A DNA stretch of 64,000 bases from the human T2T-CHM13v2.0 reference genome, Homo sapiens (GCF_009914755.1 NC_060927.1), one strand, 5' to 3'. Positions 32,131 to 45,598 are shown, counted from the stretch's first letter. The notes: generated from the letters alone by a model not told the origin. Made by a program: numbers and translations.

Positions 32131-32325
32131 TGCTAAATATTTTCACATACATGATTTAATTTAGTTCTCCAATAATCCTGTGTTGTATATTATTATTCCT
32201 ATTTCTTTTAAAAATAAGAAAACCAAGATTGAGAAAATTTAGGTGACTTTCTCAACTTTTCAGGGCTGCTAAATTGCAGAGCTGATATTTGAAGCATAAG
32301 TGTCTTTTTCTACTCTACTGTATTG
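32130..32325 (-). mobile_element. MIR SINE
   Basis: 'tattattcctatttc...aagaaaaccaagattgagaaaatttaggtgactttctcaa'. Confidence 0.6.
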
Positions 32326-33423
32326 TGTTTTATAGAGGTTATCATTTGTTTGTTCGTTTACATACACCAGCACTTGTTTACTCATTTTTGTTACTCCTGG
32401 TAGCAGCCCTGATTTTCTTTTGGTGATCCACTGTCCCTGCTTCCCTACTCTTCTTCCCTCTCTCCACCTAGACCATCCTCAGTACATTGGGTTCCAGCAG
32501 AAGTGACTTCCCTTCCAGTTCCAAGGGAAGAAACTGGGCCAGGTTTTCTACTGTATTGTCCTGAAAACAATATTTGTTCATGAATGGCTTCATAATTCAT
32601 GGTAGATTATTTAGAATAAATTTGGCTCAATTCTGTGTGTGTCATCTAATCTTCTGAGGAGGTGAGTTTCCTTTCTTCCCACTGGTCTTACATCTGAGAT
32701 ATTGTGAGGTTGGAGTGGTCATAGCCATCTTCTTTCTCACCATGGTTCAGCAGCCAGGAGACAGGGAAAAGCTGAGTCCTAATGACCTGACTTGATTTCT
32801 GATATTAGCATATCTGACGCTAAATCTACGACAGGGAATTACTTATATAAGCCAGGAAATTTATTTACTTTTGAAACTTAAGCTACTTTGATTAAGATTT
32901 TTATGTCATTTGCAACAGAAGCTGTCTATCCCAATATTTTTTCCTAGTTTAAGATAAATGTTATGTGAATGTACCTTTGTTAGAGAGCTGTACTTTATAT
33001 AGGTATAGCCCTTCACGTTTTCATCATTTTTAGGCTCCTTTTTTTCCTGTACCTATTATGTGCTTTTAGATTTGGGTATTCTCAAAACTCTTGTTCTTTT
33101 AACCATTTTGTGCACTCTTTCTTTAAGCTGACACATCTACTTCCTTGGATTGATTGGTTTCCAAATAGCTATCTTTAAGCCTGTTTTTCTCCTTAATACC
33201 AGACCTCCATTTCCACATATATATCCTTTTTGCATACCAAACGTAATATGTTCAAAACCAAATCATATGTATTTCCCTTCAAAATTATTTATTTTACATT
33301 CTTTATCTCTATTGTGAAAGTCATTGTTTGCTTAGTCAGTCAGAAATCCAGTCTAGAAACTTTCGAGAGTCATTCATGTTATTGCATGTATCAGTAGTAT
33401 ATTTTTAAGAATTGCTCAGTAGT

Positions 33424-33722
<299 letters not shown>

Positions 33723-35037
33723 TTAGTATCCTACAGTTTGTTTAGTCATGTTCATATGTTCATGTTTGAGGGCATTTGGATTGTTTCCAGTTTATGACAA
33801 TTATGAATAGACTTAACATTGTGTACAATTTCTTTTCTTTCTTTTCTTTTCTCTCTCTCTCTTTTTTTCTCTCCTTCCTTCCTTCCTTTGCTTTCTCATG
33901 TGTGTTTTCATTTTTCTTGAGAAAGTACTTAGAAGTGGAATTGATGGGCCATAGAGTATATTGCTTACAAAACTAAAAGAAACTGCCAGACTTTTCTAAA
34001 ATGTTTGTTTCATTTTCCACTCTCACTGACAATGTATGAAATTTTGGTGCTCCACATCATCACTAACAGTTAGTGTTGTTTCTTTTTTATTTTAGCCATT
34101 CTGGTAGTGTGATTTTTTAATTTGTGTTTCTCTGATGATGACTGATACACAGTACTTTTTCATGTGCTTATTGGCCAGCTTTTATCTTTTTTGAGACATT
34201 TACAAATCTCTTGCCTATCTAAAAGATTAGAGTGTTTATATTTTGATTTTATTAAGCTTTTGAAGTTTAAAAAATATTTCTAGATACATACCCTTTCTCA
34301 GATATATTTTTCAAATATTTTCTCCTGTGACTTGTCTATTGTTTTTTCAATGGTGTATTTTGAGGCCTGAGTTTTTCATTATAATAAAGTCTAATTTAGC
34401 ATTTTTTAAAAATCATTCTGGCTTTCTGCATCCTATCTGAGAAACTTTACCTATCAGGCAAATAAGCTTCTATGTAATCTAAAACTTTTATATAGTTTTA
34501 ATGTTTACATCTAGATTTATGAGCCATTTTGAGTTAACTTTGAGTATAGTGTAAGGTAAGGGTCAAGGTTTATTTTTTCCACGTGGTTATGTAGTGGTAC
34601 AAACACTATTTATTAAAAGATTTTCCTTCCTTCATCAGATTGATTATGTTCCATTGCCAAAAATCAAACGACAATATACTTGTGAAGCTTTATCTGGGCT
34701 CTTGATTCTGTTCTGTTGATCTATTTGTCTACCCTTATACCAGTTACAAATGGTTTGATTACTGTGGCTTTATAATAAGTGTTGAAATTATGTAGTATAA
34801 ATATAAGTGTTTTTCCTTTTCAGGATTACTTCAGATATTACCTAAAGGTCATTGGCAATTCTATACAAATTTTAGCATTGATATGTCAATTTCTACGAAA
34901 AAGGTCTACCGCCATTATGATTTGGGATTAATAAATGTATAGATTTATTCTGGGGGAACTAACATCTTAACAATATTGACCCTTTCAATCTATGAGCATG
35001 GTATTTAGGTCTGTCTTCTTTACTTTCTCTCAGCAGT

Positions 35038-35574
35038 TAATATGGTTTAGCTCTGGCCCCCACCTAGATCTCATCTTGAATTGTTTTTTATTTTTTAATT
35101 CTTGTATTTTTTGTAGAGTTGGGGTTTCACTCTATTGCCCAGGCTGGTCTTGAACTCCTGAGCTCGATCAACCTGCCTGCCTCAGCCTCTCAAAGTGTTG
35201 GGGTTACAGGTGTAAGCCACTGTGCCCAGCCCTCATCTTGAATTGTGATTCCCATAAATCCCACATGTCAAGGGTGGGACTTGGTGGGAGATGATTGGAT
35301 CATGGGGGCAGTTTCCCTCATGCAGTTCTCATGATGGTGAGTGAGTTCTCACGAGATCTGATGGTTTTATAAGTGTTTGACCGTTCCTCCTGCACACACG
35401 CTCTGTCTCGCTTGTTACCATGTAAGATGTGCCTGCTTCCCCTTCTGCCACGATTTAAGTTTCCCGAGGCCTCCTCAGCTATGTGGAACTGTGAGTCAAT
35501 TAAATCTCCTTTCTTTATAAATTACCCAGTCTCAGGTAGTATTCCTTATAGCAGTGTGAAAATGGACTAATATA
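35038..35574 (+). mobile_element. THE1 solo LTR (THE1D-like)
   Basis: taatatggtttagc...ggactaatata; 5-bp TSD gcagt at 35033-35037 and 35575-35579. Confidence 0.9.
35085..35231 (-). mobile_element. Alu left monomer (FLAM_C or AluJ left arm) inside THE1
   Basis: Left-arm sequence only, plus A-tail; TSD ctcatcttgaattgt at 35070-35084 and 35232-35246. Confidence 0.9.
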
Positions 35575-36714
35575 GCAGTATTGTGTAGTTTCAGTGTAGA
35601 GGTCTTTTGTTAAACTTATTCCTAAGTATGTTATGTGTTTTGATGGTATTGTAAAAGGTATCTTAAAAATTTTCATTTTCCAATTTTTGAAGCATATGTA
35701 TATATAATATTAAGCTTGTATTCTGTGACATTGATAAATTCATGTATTACTTCGTGAGTTACATTGTAGATTGTTTAGGACTTACTACATGAACATTCTT
35801 GTCATCTGCAAATAGAGACAATTTTACCTCACTCTTTCTGAAGTTTTGTTTCTTTTTCTTGACTTTTTGCACTGAAGACCTCATCTTAAAATACAAATCT
35901 AATAGCAACACCCTTCTGCTCAAAAACTTTTGAATGCACCACCATTGTCACCAAGATCAAATATAAACTCCTGCTTCCAGACTTTCTCCTGCTTTAACTT
36001 CCCCTGAACAATGTGTTTCCTGGGTCACATTTAGCTACTGTTGATTCCAAGATACACTTTTTTCCTTTACGTACGCAAATAAGATGCATTTCAAAACTGA
36101 AATGTAATTTAATGTATTTCTCTCTGCAACATCTCCCAGATCCTATTATGCTGATAGCGCATCGTATGTCAAAGATTAGAAGACAAATAGTACTCAGCAT
36201 TCCTGGGATATGGTGAGCACATTTACATACTCGTGAGTTTTTGCTCAAACCATTTTATCATATGGAATGTCTTTGCTGTTGAAATTCTGCTCATTCTTCA
36301 AGGAACGGTTTACATTCCACACTTTTTTTTCTGAAGCCACTGCTTATTTTGGCAGGTTGAAAATTATTTTCTGTCTCCCTATATTTCTATATAGAATTAA
36401 TCAAATTTTTACCTTATTATAATACTTATAAATTGTCCTTTGCATATGTTGCATTACATGTCCTAGTCATCTCTCTCTTCCCTGGTTCCTGGCACAGCTG
36501 ATGATTGTTTCTTGAATACTCCTGTCAATGATTCTCTCATATTCGAATGTTTTATGGGTAGGCAGTCTCAACATTAATAGGAATATATTAGCTTATATAG
36601 TCCTGTACTAATAGGACTATATTAACTCATTATGTTAATGAATTGGTTGTGTGAGGCCATTTAATCAAATAATTTGTATTACTAATTGTCTCTAGGCCCA
36701 GAGGATCCTGTTGC

Positions 36715-37000
36715 CTGTGACAAACCCTTGGGGATCATCTTTGACTTCTCCTTTTTTCTCAACCCCTTATCCAATTAGTCTTTAGATCTAATTCTTAAAT
36801 GCCTCCCCCATGTATCCATTTCTTTCCATTTAACAGCACCTTATTCAGACCACTATAATATTGCCCTAGATTACTGTAACAGATACTTCCTGCTTTCAGG
36901 TTAGTCCCTCTTCAATCCCTTTATCTATGTTTCCAGGTGGATCTTTCTATAATGCAAATTTGACCATGATACTCTCATGCCTAAAGCCATTTTAGTGTGC
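36715..37000. mobile_element. L2 remnant
   Basis: 'aaacccttggggatcatctttgacttctcc...aatgcaaatttgaccatgatactctcatgcctaaagcc'. Confidence 0.55.
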
Positions 37001-37629
37001 CTGGATCCCAAAGGTTATTTTGACAATTACTTTCCCGCTGTGGAGACTCCATAAAAGACTATTTTCAGATTTCTTCCTTCATTTTGGGGACAGGGTGGAG
37101 TGTTTCTCTTCTCTGGTGACAAAGAGATTGCATGATGGAGATAGGCAGCAAGAATAGAGATGGGGGAAGGGAGAGAGGGAGAAGGAAAGAGAATGTCACT
37201 GATACTGTAATATTGCTTGTGTCTGTTCTGCATAATCTAGTTTCTAGCAAGGCAATTAGCATGCAGATCAGCTGCACAGGGTCCCACATGCATTAGCAAT
37301 TGAACACCAGCTTTCCGAACCCTTTTCTGCTTCTTCACAAATCCGCACACCTTCTGGCTGATCTGACATAGCCTCAGTTCAGAATCCATTAACTGGAGAT
37401 TTAGGCCATGAGCAAAAATAATTGTGCATGCTTATGATTAATGAGAAAGCTATTTCAAAATTACAAGGCACCATACTGGCTAACTACTATTAATTATTTT
37501 TATCATTATTATACTGAGAAACCATTTTATCAGACCAGAAGCCATTGTTCAAATTGGCTTAGGTAGAAAGTGTCTGTGCATCATTTTGAAAAGCAAGTGT
37601 TTTCTGATGTTTTTGATTTATGAAGATAA

Positions 37630-37875
37630 TCATCATAAACATGGCCAATAGTGTGTGCTTATATTAAATACCCCATTGCAGTAAGTTATTTGAATGTCTT
37701 AATTTACTTAATTCTCACAGTAATTGTGTAAAGTAGGTACGATTACTATCGTTCCTATTTTATAGAGGAGAACACTGAGGCACAGGGGTTAGGTCATGCA
37801 CAGGTGGTAATTGATAGGGCCTGGATTAAAACAGGCAGTCTCATGAGTCCACACTTGAGTTCTTACCCTATACTT
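37630..37875 (-). mobile_element. MIR SINE
   Basis: 'cctattttatagaggagaacactgaggcacaggggttagg'. Confidence 0.7.
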
Positions 37876-38254
37876 ACCTATCTTAGGGGAGAGGAGATTA
37901 CTTATTAGGACAACTCTTTGTTGTCATAGTCAGGAACACCCTGGACTATGCTGTGTGTTGAGAACTAGTAGGGCAGATGGGTTGACTGATTCAGGGCTGC
38001 TAAAAAAGAACCAGAAAGACAATATATCCGATACCCATACCTATCTAGGATAAATTCAGTAGTTAATATGATCTAAGAAGTTTAGTGAAATCTAGTTGAA
38101 TCTGGAAGTTTTCAAGGGTCTAATTTGAGGGAGGATTAGAACACGGTTGTGGGCAATTAGATTACCAGCAAATAAAAACTCTCCAATTTGTAAGCCACAG
38201 TGAAGGGAAGCATTCTGGAAGCAGAGTCTGAGAAGAACTTGGCTGTGGCACAGA

Positions 38255-38500
38255 GCACAGTAGTCTGCTCTACTGGCTTTGGGAATCATACGGAACAGAG
38301 ACTCAAGCCTGGCTTTACCATTTACACTGTGAATTTGGGCAGTTTTCTTAATCTCTTCAAACTTTAGTTTCCTCATCTGTAAAAAGAGGTTAAACCTCCC
38401 TACCTGGAGGGGTTATTGAGTGTATTAAATGAGATGAAGTTTATAAGGCACCCAGCACAGCTCGGAGGCAGAAGTGGGCACTAGGGAAGTCCCTTTTAAT
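38255..38500 (+). mobile_element. MIR SINE
   Basis: 'ctgtgaatttgggcagttttcttaatctcttcaaactttagtttcctcatctgtaaaa'. Confidence 0.75.
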
Positions 38501-39324
38501 GACAATGAACACAATCTGACAATGAAGATAATAAAATACTGGGTACCTAGTTGAATAGTTTGTGGTTCAAGTCTGGATCCAATCCCAAAGGCGAAACAGC
38601 ATAAGTACTGTGAATAAGGGGTTTAGTAGAAGGCTGGGCAAGCAAACCTGCCACACCTAGCAGATATGGGCTAAGAAGGTTACATCCTGACCTGCCATGG
38701 GTATCCTAGGGCCCCAATTTACATCTCCACCACAGGCAAGATGGCAGGCTTTTTGCAGGTACTGACTACTGCTAGAGAAATAGTGCCTATGGTATTGCCA
38801 AACACTGGTTGGGACATATGCTGGATTATGTTGTCAAATCTACACAATCATCATTTCGTTCTAAGGCTGGGCCTGTTTCCCAGAATTCCTTTTCCACTAT
38901 AGGTCAGAGTTAGTGTTTACCACTGGGAGGAACTTGCAGAGATTTGGAAAGCAAAAGTGAAAAGAAGCCATCATTTTTGGGAGCTCTTGACTGCTAGACA
39001 TGGTTGCTTTGCAGAGCTCTTCCTGAGCTCCCTTTTCGGGTTGTGAAGCCAGAGGTGGTGGTTCCTTGGAGTTCCCCATGAGCCCTGCTTTCTTTACCCA
39101 CTCTGGCACTTCAAGTTGAAATTATAGTGGCAGTTTCCCTGATCCTCCAGCTGAAGACTCCAGATCTTCACTCTTGTAGTTTTTTCCACTTTCCTGTAAC
39201 TCCTGATTCCTGTATCAAACCATCTAATACCATGATATTGTAGTAACTCAGTTTTTCTGATTAAAGTGAGAATAACAAAGCCTGTTACTCATTTGCTGCC
39301 CATGAGGTGCTTGGCTATCTAGAG

Positions 39325-39646
39325 GAGGGGTTGGAAAACTTTTTCTTAAATTATGATGTTAAATAGTTTTTGCAGGATATTGCATCTCTGTTACAACAAT
39401 TCAGCTACTTAGCTCTGCTGTTGTAGTGTGAAAGCAGCCATAGATAATACATAACAAATGAGTGTAGCTGTGGTCCAATGAAACAATTTATGGACCCTGA
39501 GATTTGAATTTTATATAATTTTTATATGTCACAAGAGACTATTCTTTTTTTTCCTTACCATCAGAAAATGTAAAATTTATTCTTAGCTCTGAGGCTGTAC
39601 AAGAACAAGTGGTGAGCTGGTTTGGGCCATAGTTTGCCAACCCTTC
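39325..39646 (+). mobile_element. MER58 (hAT-Charlie) non-autonomous DNA transposon
   Basis: Terminal inverted repeats gaggggttggaaaact / agtttgccaacccttc; perfect 8-bp TSD atctagag at 39317-39324 and 39647-39654. Confidence 0.88.
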
Positions 39647-40386
39647 ATCTAGAGCAGGGCTGATGAAATCAGCCAGACCTGAACATAAACCTTTGCATGT
39701 CTCTTACTATGTGATGTTGGGCAATTTATTTAATCTCCGAGCCTCACTTCTAAAATAGGGACATTTACAGAGACAGTATAGACAGTGTAGTGTAGAGTGT
39801 TTGTTTTGTGAGGATTAAATAAGGATATACGTAAAATCTTTTGCTGACTATTGGACACATAGCTCATGGTCTATCATTTCTCATTGTTACTGTGGTGCGA
39901 GGAGCCACTATTTATTTGGTGCTTGCCATTCACTTACACAATTAAAAGGGAACTGAGGACAGTCTGCAGCCTTTGGGACTTGTACTGGTTTTTGCACAGG
40001 AAAGGTAAAATTATATCCAGGGAAAATAACAATGGGAGAACTCTTAAGCCTTTTCAAATTATCTACCACATTTGAATTAAATATGTCAATACAGAATGCT
40101 TGTCAGTAATTCAGTCATCAAGCAGATTGTTACTAGCAATTCCTCTGGCACAGCAATGAGAGTTAGGAACAGGGGCATAGGGATTGGAAAGACAAAAGAG
40201 GCAGAAGAATGGGAAACTTTAACTTCATTATATGATTGCTTTTACATGGAGGGATTACAGGTGATGGTTAATTTCTTAGTGTGTTTATTTCTCTTCAAAT
40301 AAAATGTTAAAATTATGCTGTGGACGAATATCTAAAGATAATTCTATAATAGAGCAAGAAAACATTATATTATAAATTATATAAGC

Positions 40387-43297
40387 CAAGACTATGGTGT
40401 CAGACTGCAAGATTGGCCCACCTATCCTCAACAGTGGCTCGGCCAATTTAGGGAACAGGTGCCTCCAGATAATCGACTCTGTGGTCGATTATCTGTACCT
40501 GGATGTAACGAACACGGACCCTGCTCTTTAGGACAGTCAGTTTTTTGCAGTTTGTTCCCAGCGTCACATTTGGCCACACTATGGTAGAAAGCCTTCAAAA
40601 GCAGCCAGGTCAGGACTCTTTTCTTTGACATGCACATGAGAGGGTTTAGGCTGTAAACAGTGGGTAAAGCCAATGGCCAGAGGAGGCGCCAATCAGCACA
40701 CCACCTTTCATCTTGAGGCTACTGAGAACCCAAGGACTTTGATTAAAGACATTTGGGAGAATGGGATGAATGTTGGCCTTGCCATTAAACTGGGAACTAC
40801 AGTTGAGTATTTGGCACTGTGCACTAATAAAATAGATATGGCCTTGGTAATGACAGTGGAACCTGGATTTGAAGAACAGAAATTTATGAAAGATATGATG
40901 CCAAAAGTTCACTGGTTGCAGACCCAGCTCCTATCTTTGGATATAGAGGTGATGGTGGAGTAGGTCCTGATATTGTCCATAAGGGTGCAGAGGTAGGAGC
41001 TCACATGACTGTGTCTGGCAGTGCCATTATGAGGAGCGAAGACTATAGATCTGTGTCAACCTGTTAAAAATGTCTGCATGGAAGCTGCTCAGAAATGTTC
41101 TCTCTTTTTTTATTTTTATTTTTTTGAGATAAAGTCTCACTCTGTCATCCAGGCTGGAGTGCAGTAGCACGGTCTAGCTCACTGCAACCTCCGCCTCCTG
41201 GGTTCAAGCAATTCTCCTGCCTCCGCCTCCTGAGTAGCTGGGATTACAGGAGCCTGTCACCACGCCTGGCTAATTTTTTGTATTTTTAATAGAGATGGGG
41301 TTTTCCCATGTTGGCTAGGCAGTCTCGAACTCTGACCTCAAGTGATCTGCCCACCTCGGCCTCCCAAAGTGCTGGGATTACAGGTGTGAGCCACTGTGCC
41401 CGGCCCAGACATGTTCTCTTGATTGGTGAAAACACAAGGAGCTCAATGTTTCTGCTCATGAAATCTTTTCACTGGATAACAGGAATATTGACTGGCAAAC
41501 CATATTGTAATTGAGGCAGTGCTGCTTTTCTGACCAATTATTTATTCCAATGATTAAAATCTATGGTGTAGAATGTTCTGAGATTAGAAATTGGTGTGTA
41601 TAACTACATTTTTAATGATGCAATTTGAAGATCAGTGTGGTGAAATACTCAGTTTTTACTGGAATACTTGATTTTTATAAATAGTAATACATGGCTGTAT
41701 TAAGGTTACAAACAGAAATGTGTCTTAATGACTAATGAGGGCATATTGGCTACTATAAAAACAACTTTTTTCTGTATTTCTAAAAATAATTTTCTGTTTT
41801 TCCTCAGCTTTTTTCCAAAAGCAAAGGAAGTCTTTATGTTTTTCTTATTTCATGTTACTTTTGATTTATTCATATGCTTGATAAAATGAGTAAAGTAGAA
41901 TTTTAAAATATAAGCTTGGGTGGGATGGCATATCATATTTTTGCATCTGAACATTTATTTTTCCCTTTTCATCTTATAGTTGATTAATAAAAACTATAAA
42001 ACAATATATGAAGCCCAGGGATTCTAAAATACAGCATAGATCTTATCAGGGTGTTTTCTTTGTCAAAATAGGTTATTCATTGATTCCTCCCCATCCCAAG
42101 TTTTCTTAGTCTCACCCACCATTCTTAATGATATTAAATAAGGCTGTTGTGTTAGCTCTGAGTGGAAGGGAGAAGTAAAGCCTCTATTTGGAAGCAATAT
42201 TGGGTTGAGTCCCACCTGCCCCCTCTAGCTATTTGACCTTTATCAAATTACCTAACTTTTTTTGCAGTTCTCTTAACTCCTTTATATACTGAATGTAATT
42301 ATAAAAACTGAGGGGTTGTGTTGAGAATTAAGAGGTAACACTATATATTAAAAGCTTCTAGTACTATTTCTAGAATTTAGAGGATGTTACATTCAAAGTG
42401 GCTAGCATTATATAAATTTATGTTTTGTGGGTTATAAAGTATTTTGATATATTCTCCTTAAATCTATAAATCACACCTGTAAGCGGTGATAGGGCAGATA
42501 TTTTGTTCCTCATGTAAAAAATGAGGAAACGAAAGCTCAGCAATAGGATGGCACTGTGGAAAGAATTCAGCAAGGCACAGGATTTCTGGTCTGTACTCTT
42601 TTTACAAACAGAGCCCTTGGGAAGTAGGTATGGCAAAAGAAGCTTCTTTTAGTTAATAATGTCTTATTTCCAGCCTAACTTTACCCTGTACCTGAACCAG
42701 ATGGCTGAGAATATTCTGGAAATGTGGATCTTGACCCTAAAGGATATGTATTTTATTCCAAGAAAGAACAGGCAGGCTAAAAGATGACAGGGTACAGAGT
42801 TAATCCACAAACTAAATTTTTATAACTGTGTTCAAAATTATACAGTGACTACCAATATGTGTCAGCTACTTCAGCGTTGTAAATACTATTGCTATGTAAT
42901 AAATATGGCAAAAAATGCCAGGACCAGTATCATTAAACTTCTTGAGGCTACTGTCAGTTTTGAGAAATAAGGTTTGAAAAACAAGAGTGCCAACATTTTA
43001 GCATAGAATAGCATTAAAAAACCCTTTCTTGGTTGTTTTTTTTTTTTACATTACAAGGTAAAAATTTATTAATGTTTGTTTTTATTTTAGCTTATGAAAG
43101 ATTTGCACGATGAATAATAGGAGACATTTAATCAAATCAAACAATATGAAGCATGTAGAAACAATTTAATTAAAAGCTTATATAGAAGATGATAATATCA
43201 GATGTGATAAAGATATGAGTTTATTTGCCTGGAAAACTTGGATTTGTCTTTTGTTTTCTTTTTTTTTTAAATAAATGTACAGTAAAACTACCAAAAA
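40387..43297 (+). pseudogene. RPE: Processed pseudogene of ribulose-5-phosphate 3-epimerase (CDS remnant 40394-41429 plus about 1.87 kb of 3' UTR)
   Basis: Translates MVSDCKIGPPILNSGSANLG...DYLYLDV and MARGGANQHTTFHLEATENP...DMALVMTVEPGF...KVHWLQTQLLSLDIEV (RPE: MASGCKIGPSILNSDLANLG...); no introns; stops and frameshifts; aataaa at 43270-43275; short A-tail; 15-bp TSD ataaattatataagc at 40372-40386 and 43298-43312. Confidence 0.95.
41104..41405 (-). mobile_element. AluS (Sx/Sz-like) inserted in the last codons of the RPE retrocopy
   Basis: Full dimer; TSD caga(a/c)atgttctct at 41090-41103 and 41406-41419. Confidence 0.95.
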
Positions 43298-43369
43298 ATA
43301 AATTATATAAGCACATCTAAAAAGAAGTGTAAAAAACATTCTAAAGTGTTAAAACTAGTTTGGCTACTG

Positions 43370-43625
43370 TTTATCCTTCAGCTTTCATCTCAAATGTCAT
43401 ACTTCCCATAAGAGAATTTTCTTGATCTTTCTATCTAAAATAGCCACCCACCTTCATCCCTCAGTTACTGTGTCTTATTACAACTACTTTCATTCTTCAT
43501 AACACTTATTACTATCTGACATGATTTATTTACCTGCTTATTGTCCATCTTTCTTCCACTAGAACTTAAGTTCCAGGAAGACAGAGGCCCTCCCTGTTTC
43601 CATGTGTTTTAGAATGGCATGCTTT
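43370..43625. mobile_element. L2 3' remnant
   Basis: 'catctcaaatgtcatacttccc...ccactagaacttaagttccaggaagacagagg'. Confidence 0.65.
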
Positions 43626-44924
43626 TGACAGACAGCTTACCCCACCTTTACTGGGCAGGAAAGAAAGTAAAGCATCAGTGTTCTAGAAGGTCAGACTGCT
43701 ACAGCAGCTGCTGCTGGGATAGCAGTCTTCTTTGTGCCTGGCTGTATTCATGTTTTTTTCCTTGCTAACTTTTAAGGAAGAGGAAGCATCTGGAAAATTG
43801 GCCTGACCACAGAAAATAATAAAGCACTTGTACTTAAGGCAGATGGTATTGTCAAATAACAACATCTGCAGGTGAAAAATCCAGCTGACAACAGGGGTAA
43901 CTGTCAAAATATTTAAAGACTGTCCATGTCATTTACTGCAAATTAGATCTTCATCCCTGCTGAATGTATGATTCAGTCAGCAGATAATGATTGACTTTTC
44001 CCTCTGTGCGTAGAGAATTCCTGGACTACTTTCACCCACTGGAAATTAGAATTGGCTTCAGTGCTAGGCTCTTTTTGTGGGCCCCAAACAGGAGTGTTTC
44101 CCTGAAAAGCTTTTTTAAGATGATCACACCTTAGGAAAGAAATGCTTTTAATATATTAAGTTTCAGTGAGTATGTTTAGCAATAGACTTGCTGGAAGCCT
44201 CCAATCTGCTTTTCTTCCAAAGGGCTATATCTTATTATCTTTAAAATCATCTTCAATTATCCTGTTAATATCCTGGAAATGAGGCAGAATGGTTAGAACC
44301 ACAAGATATTTCACCCTAGAAGACTTGGCCTTGCTGACTAATGCATTTGTTTGTTCAATTAGAGGAAGGAAAGGAAGGCAGAATAGAAGGCTGCCCAAAT
44401 TAAACCCTTCATATAGATTAACTCATGGGTATTGGATGACTCCTAATTGCTTTTCAAAAGAAGACCCACGGTTTATTGCATTTGAGTCCTCACACACCGT
44501 TGGGTTGTGTATGCTTCTCTGGTGTCTATAAGCTGATTAGTGTTTTTGCTTAGGTAAAAATGAGCCTACATTTTATCTGCTGTTTCTTCCGAATAGGAAA
44601 TATATTCTGATATCTCAAAGCTATTCCTGTCTCATGTGGGAGTTGGTCTCGTATAGAGAGGAAAATATGTAGGAAGTTGATTCTTTGAGGCTGACTAGGG
44701 GAACTAGTTTAGACGTTTTTTCTTTTTTACCCTATGAACCAGAGCGAGCAAGACCACAAATTCAAAATGGTATTATTGTAGGATCTTTTGAGAAATCCTA
44801 ATCGTAGAATACTGCAGCCCCCAAAGTTTAGAAAATTCTGTTTTCCTCTCAGACTGGTTCCAGTTAAGTAAGAGGCACTTTAAGAACAAAAATCTAGGGG
44901 CAGACTTGGTCTAAAGCAGCCTCA

Positions 44925-45598
44925 TTTTTTTTTTAATTATTATACTTTAAGTTCTAGGGTACATGTGCACAATGTGCAGGTTTGTTACATATGTATACAT
45001 GTGCCATGTTGGTGTGCTGCACCCATTAACTCGTCATTTACATTAGGTATATCTCCTAATGCTATCCCTCCCCGCTCCCCCCACCCCACGACAGGCCCCG
45101 GTGTGTGATGTTCCCCTTCCTGTGTCCAAGTGTTCTCATTGTTTAATTCCCGCCTGTGAGTGAGAACATGCGGTGTTTGGTTTTTTGTCCTTGCAATAGT
45201 TTGCTCAGAATGATGGTTTCCAGCTGCATCCGTGTCCCTACAAAGGAGATGAACTCATCCTTTTTTATGGCTGTATAGTATTCCATGGTGTATATATGCC
45301 ACATTTTCTTAATCCAGTCTATGATTGATTGGCATTTGGGTTGCTTCCAAGTGTTTGCTATTGTGGATAGTGCCACAGTAAACATATGTGTGCATGTGTC
45401 TTTATAGCAGCATGATTTATAATCCTTTGGGTATATACCCAGTAATAAGATGGCTGGGTCAAATGGTATTTCTAGTTCTAGATCCTTGAGGAATCGCCAC
45501 ACTGTCTTCCACAATAGTTGAACTAGTTTACAGTCCCACCAACAGTGTAAAGGTGTTCCTATTTCTCCACATCCTCTCCAGCACCTGTTGTTTCTTGA
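44925..45598 (-). mobile_element. 5'-truncated L1PA (L1PA4/5-like)
   Basis: 'attatactttaagttctagggtacatgtgcac'; ORF2 C-terminal ORF 45143-45514; TSD aaagcagcctca at 44913-44924 and 45600-45611. Confidence 0.95.

Noticed and set aside
40673-40963. 96-aa RPE-like ORF as a functional gene or RPEL1
   Set aside because: The upstream CDS has a stop and frameshifts, the EVDGG motif is frameshifted, and an Alu interrupts the C-terminus
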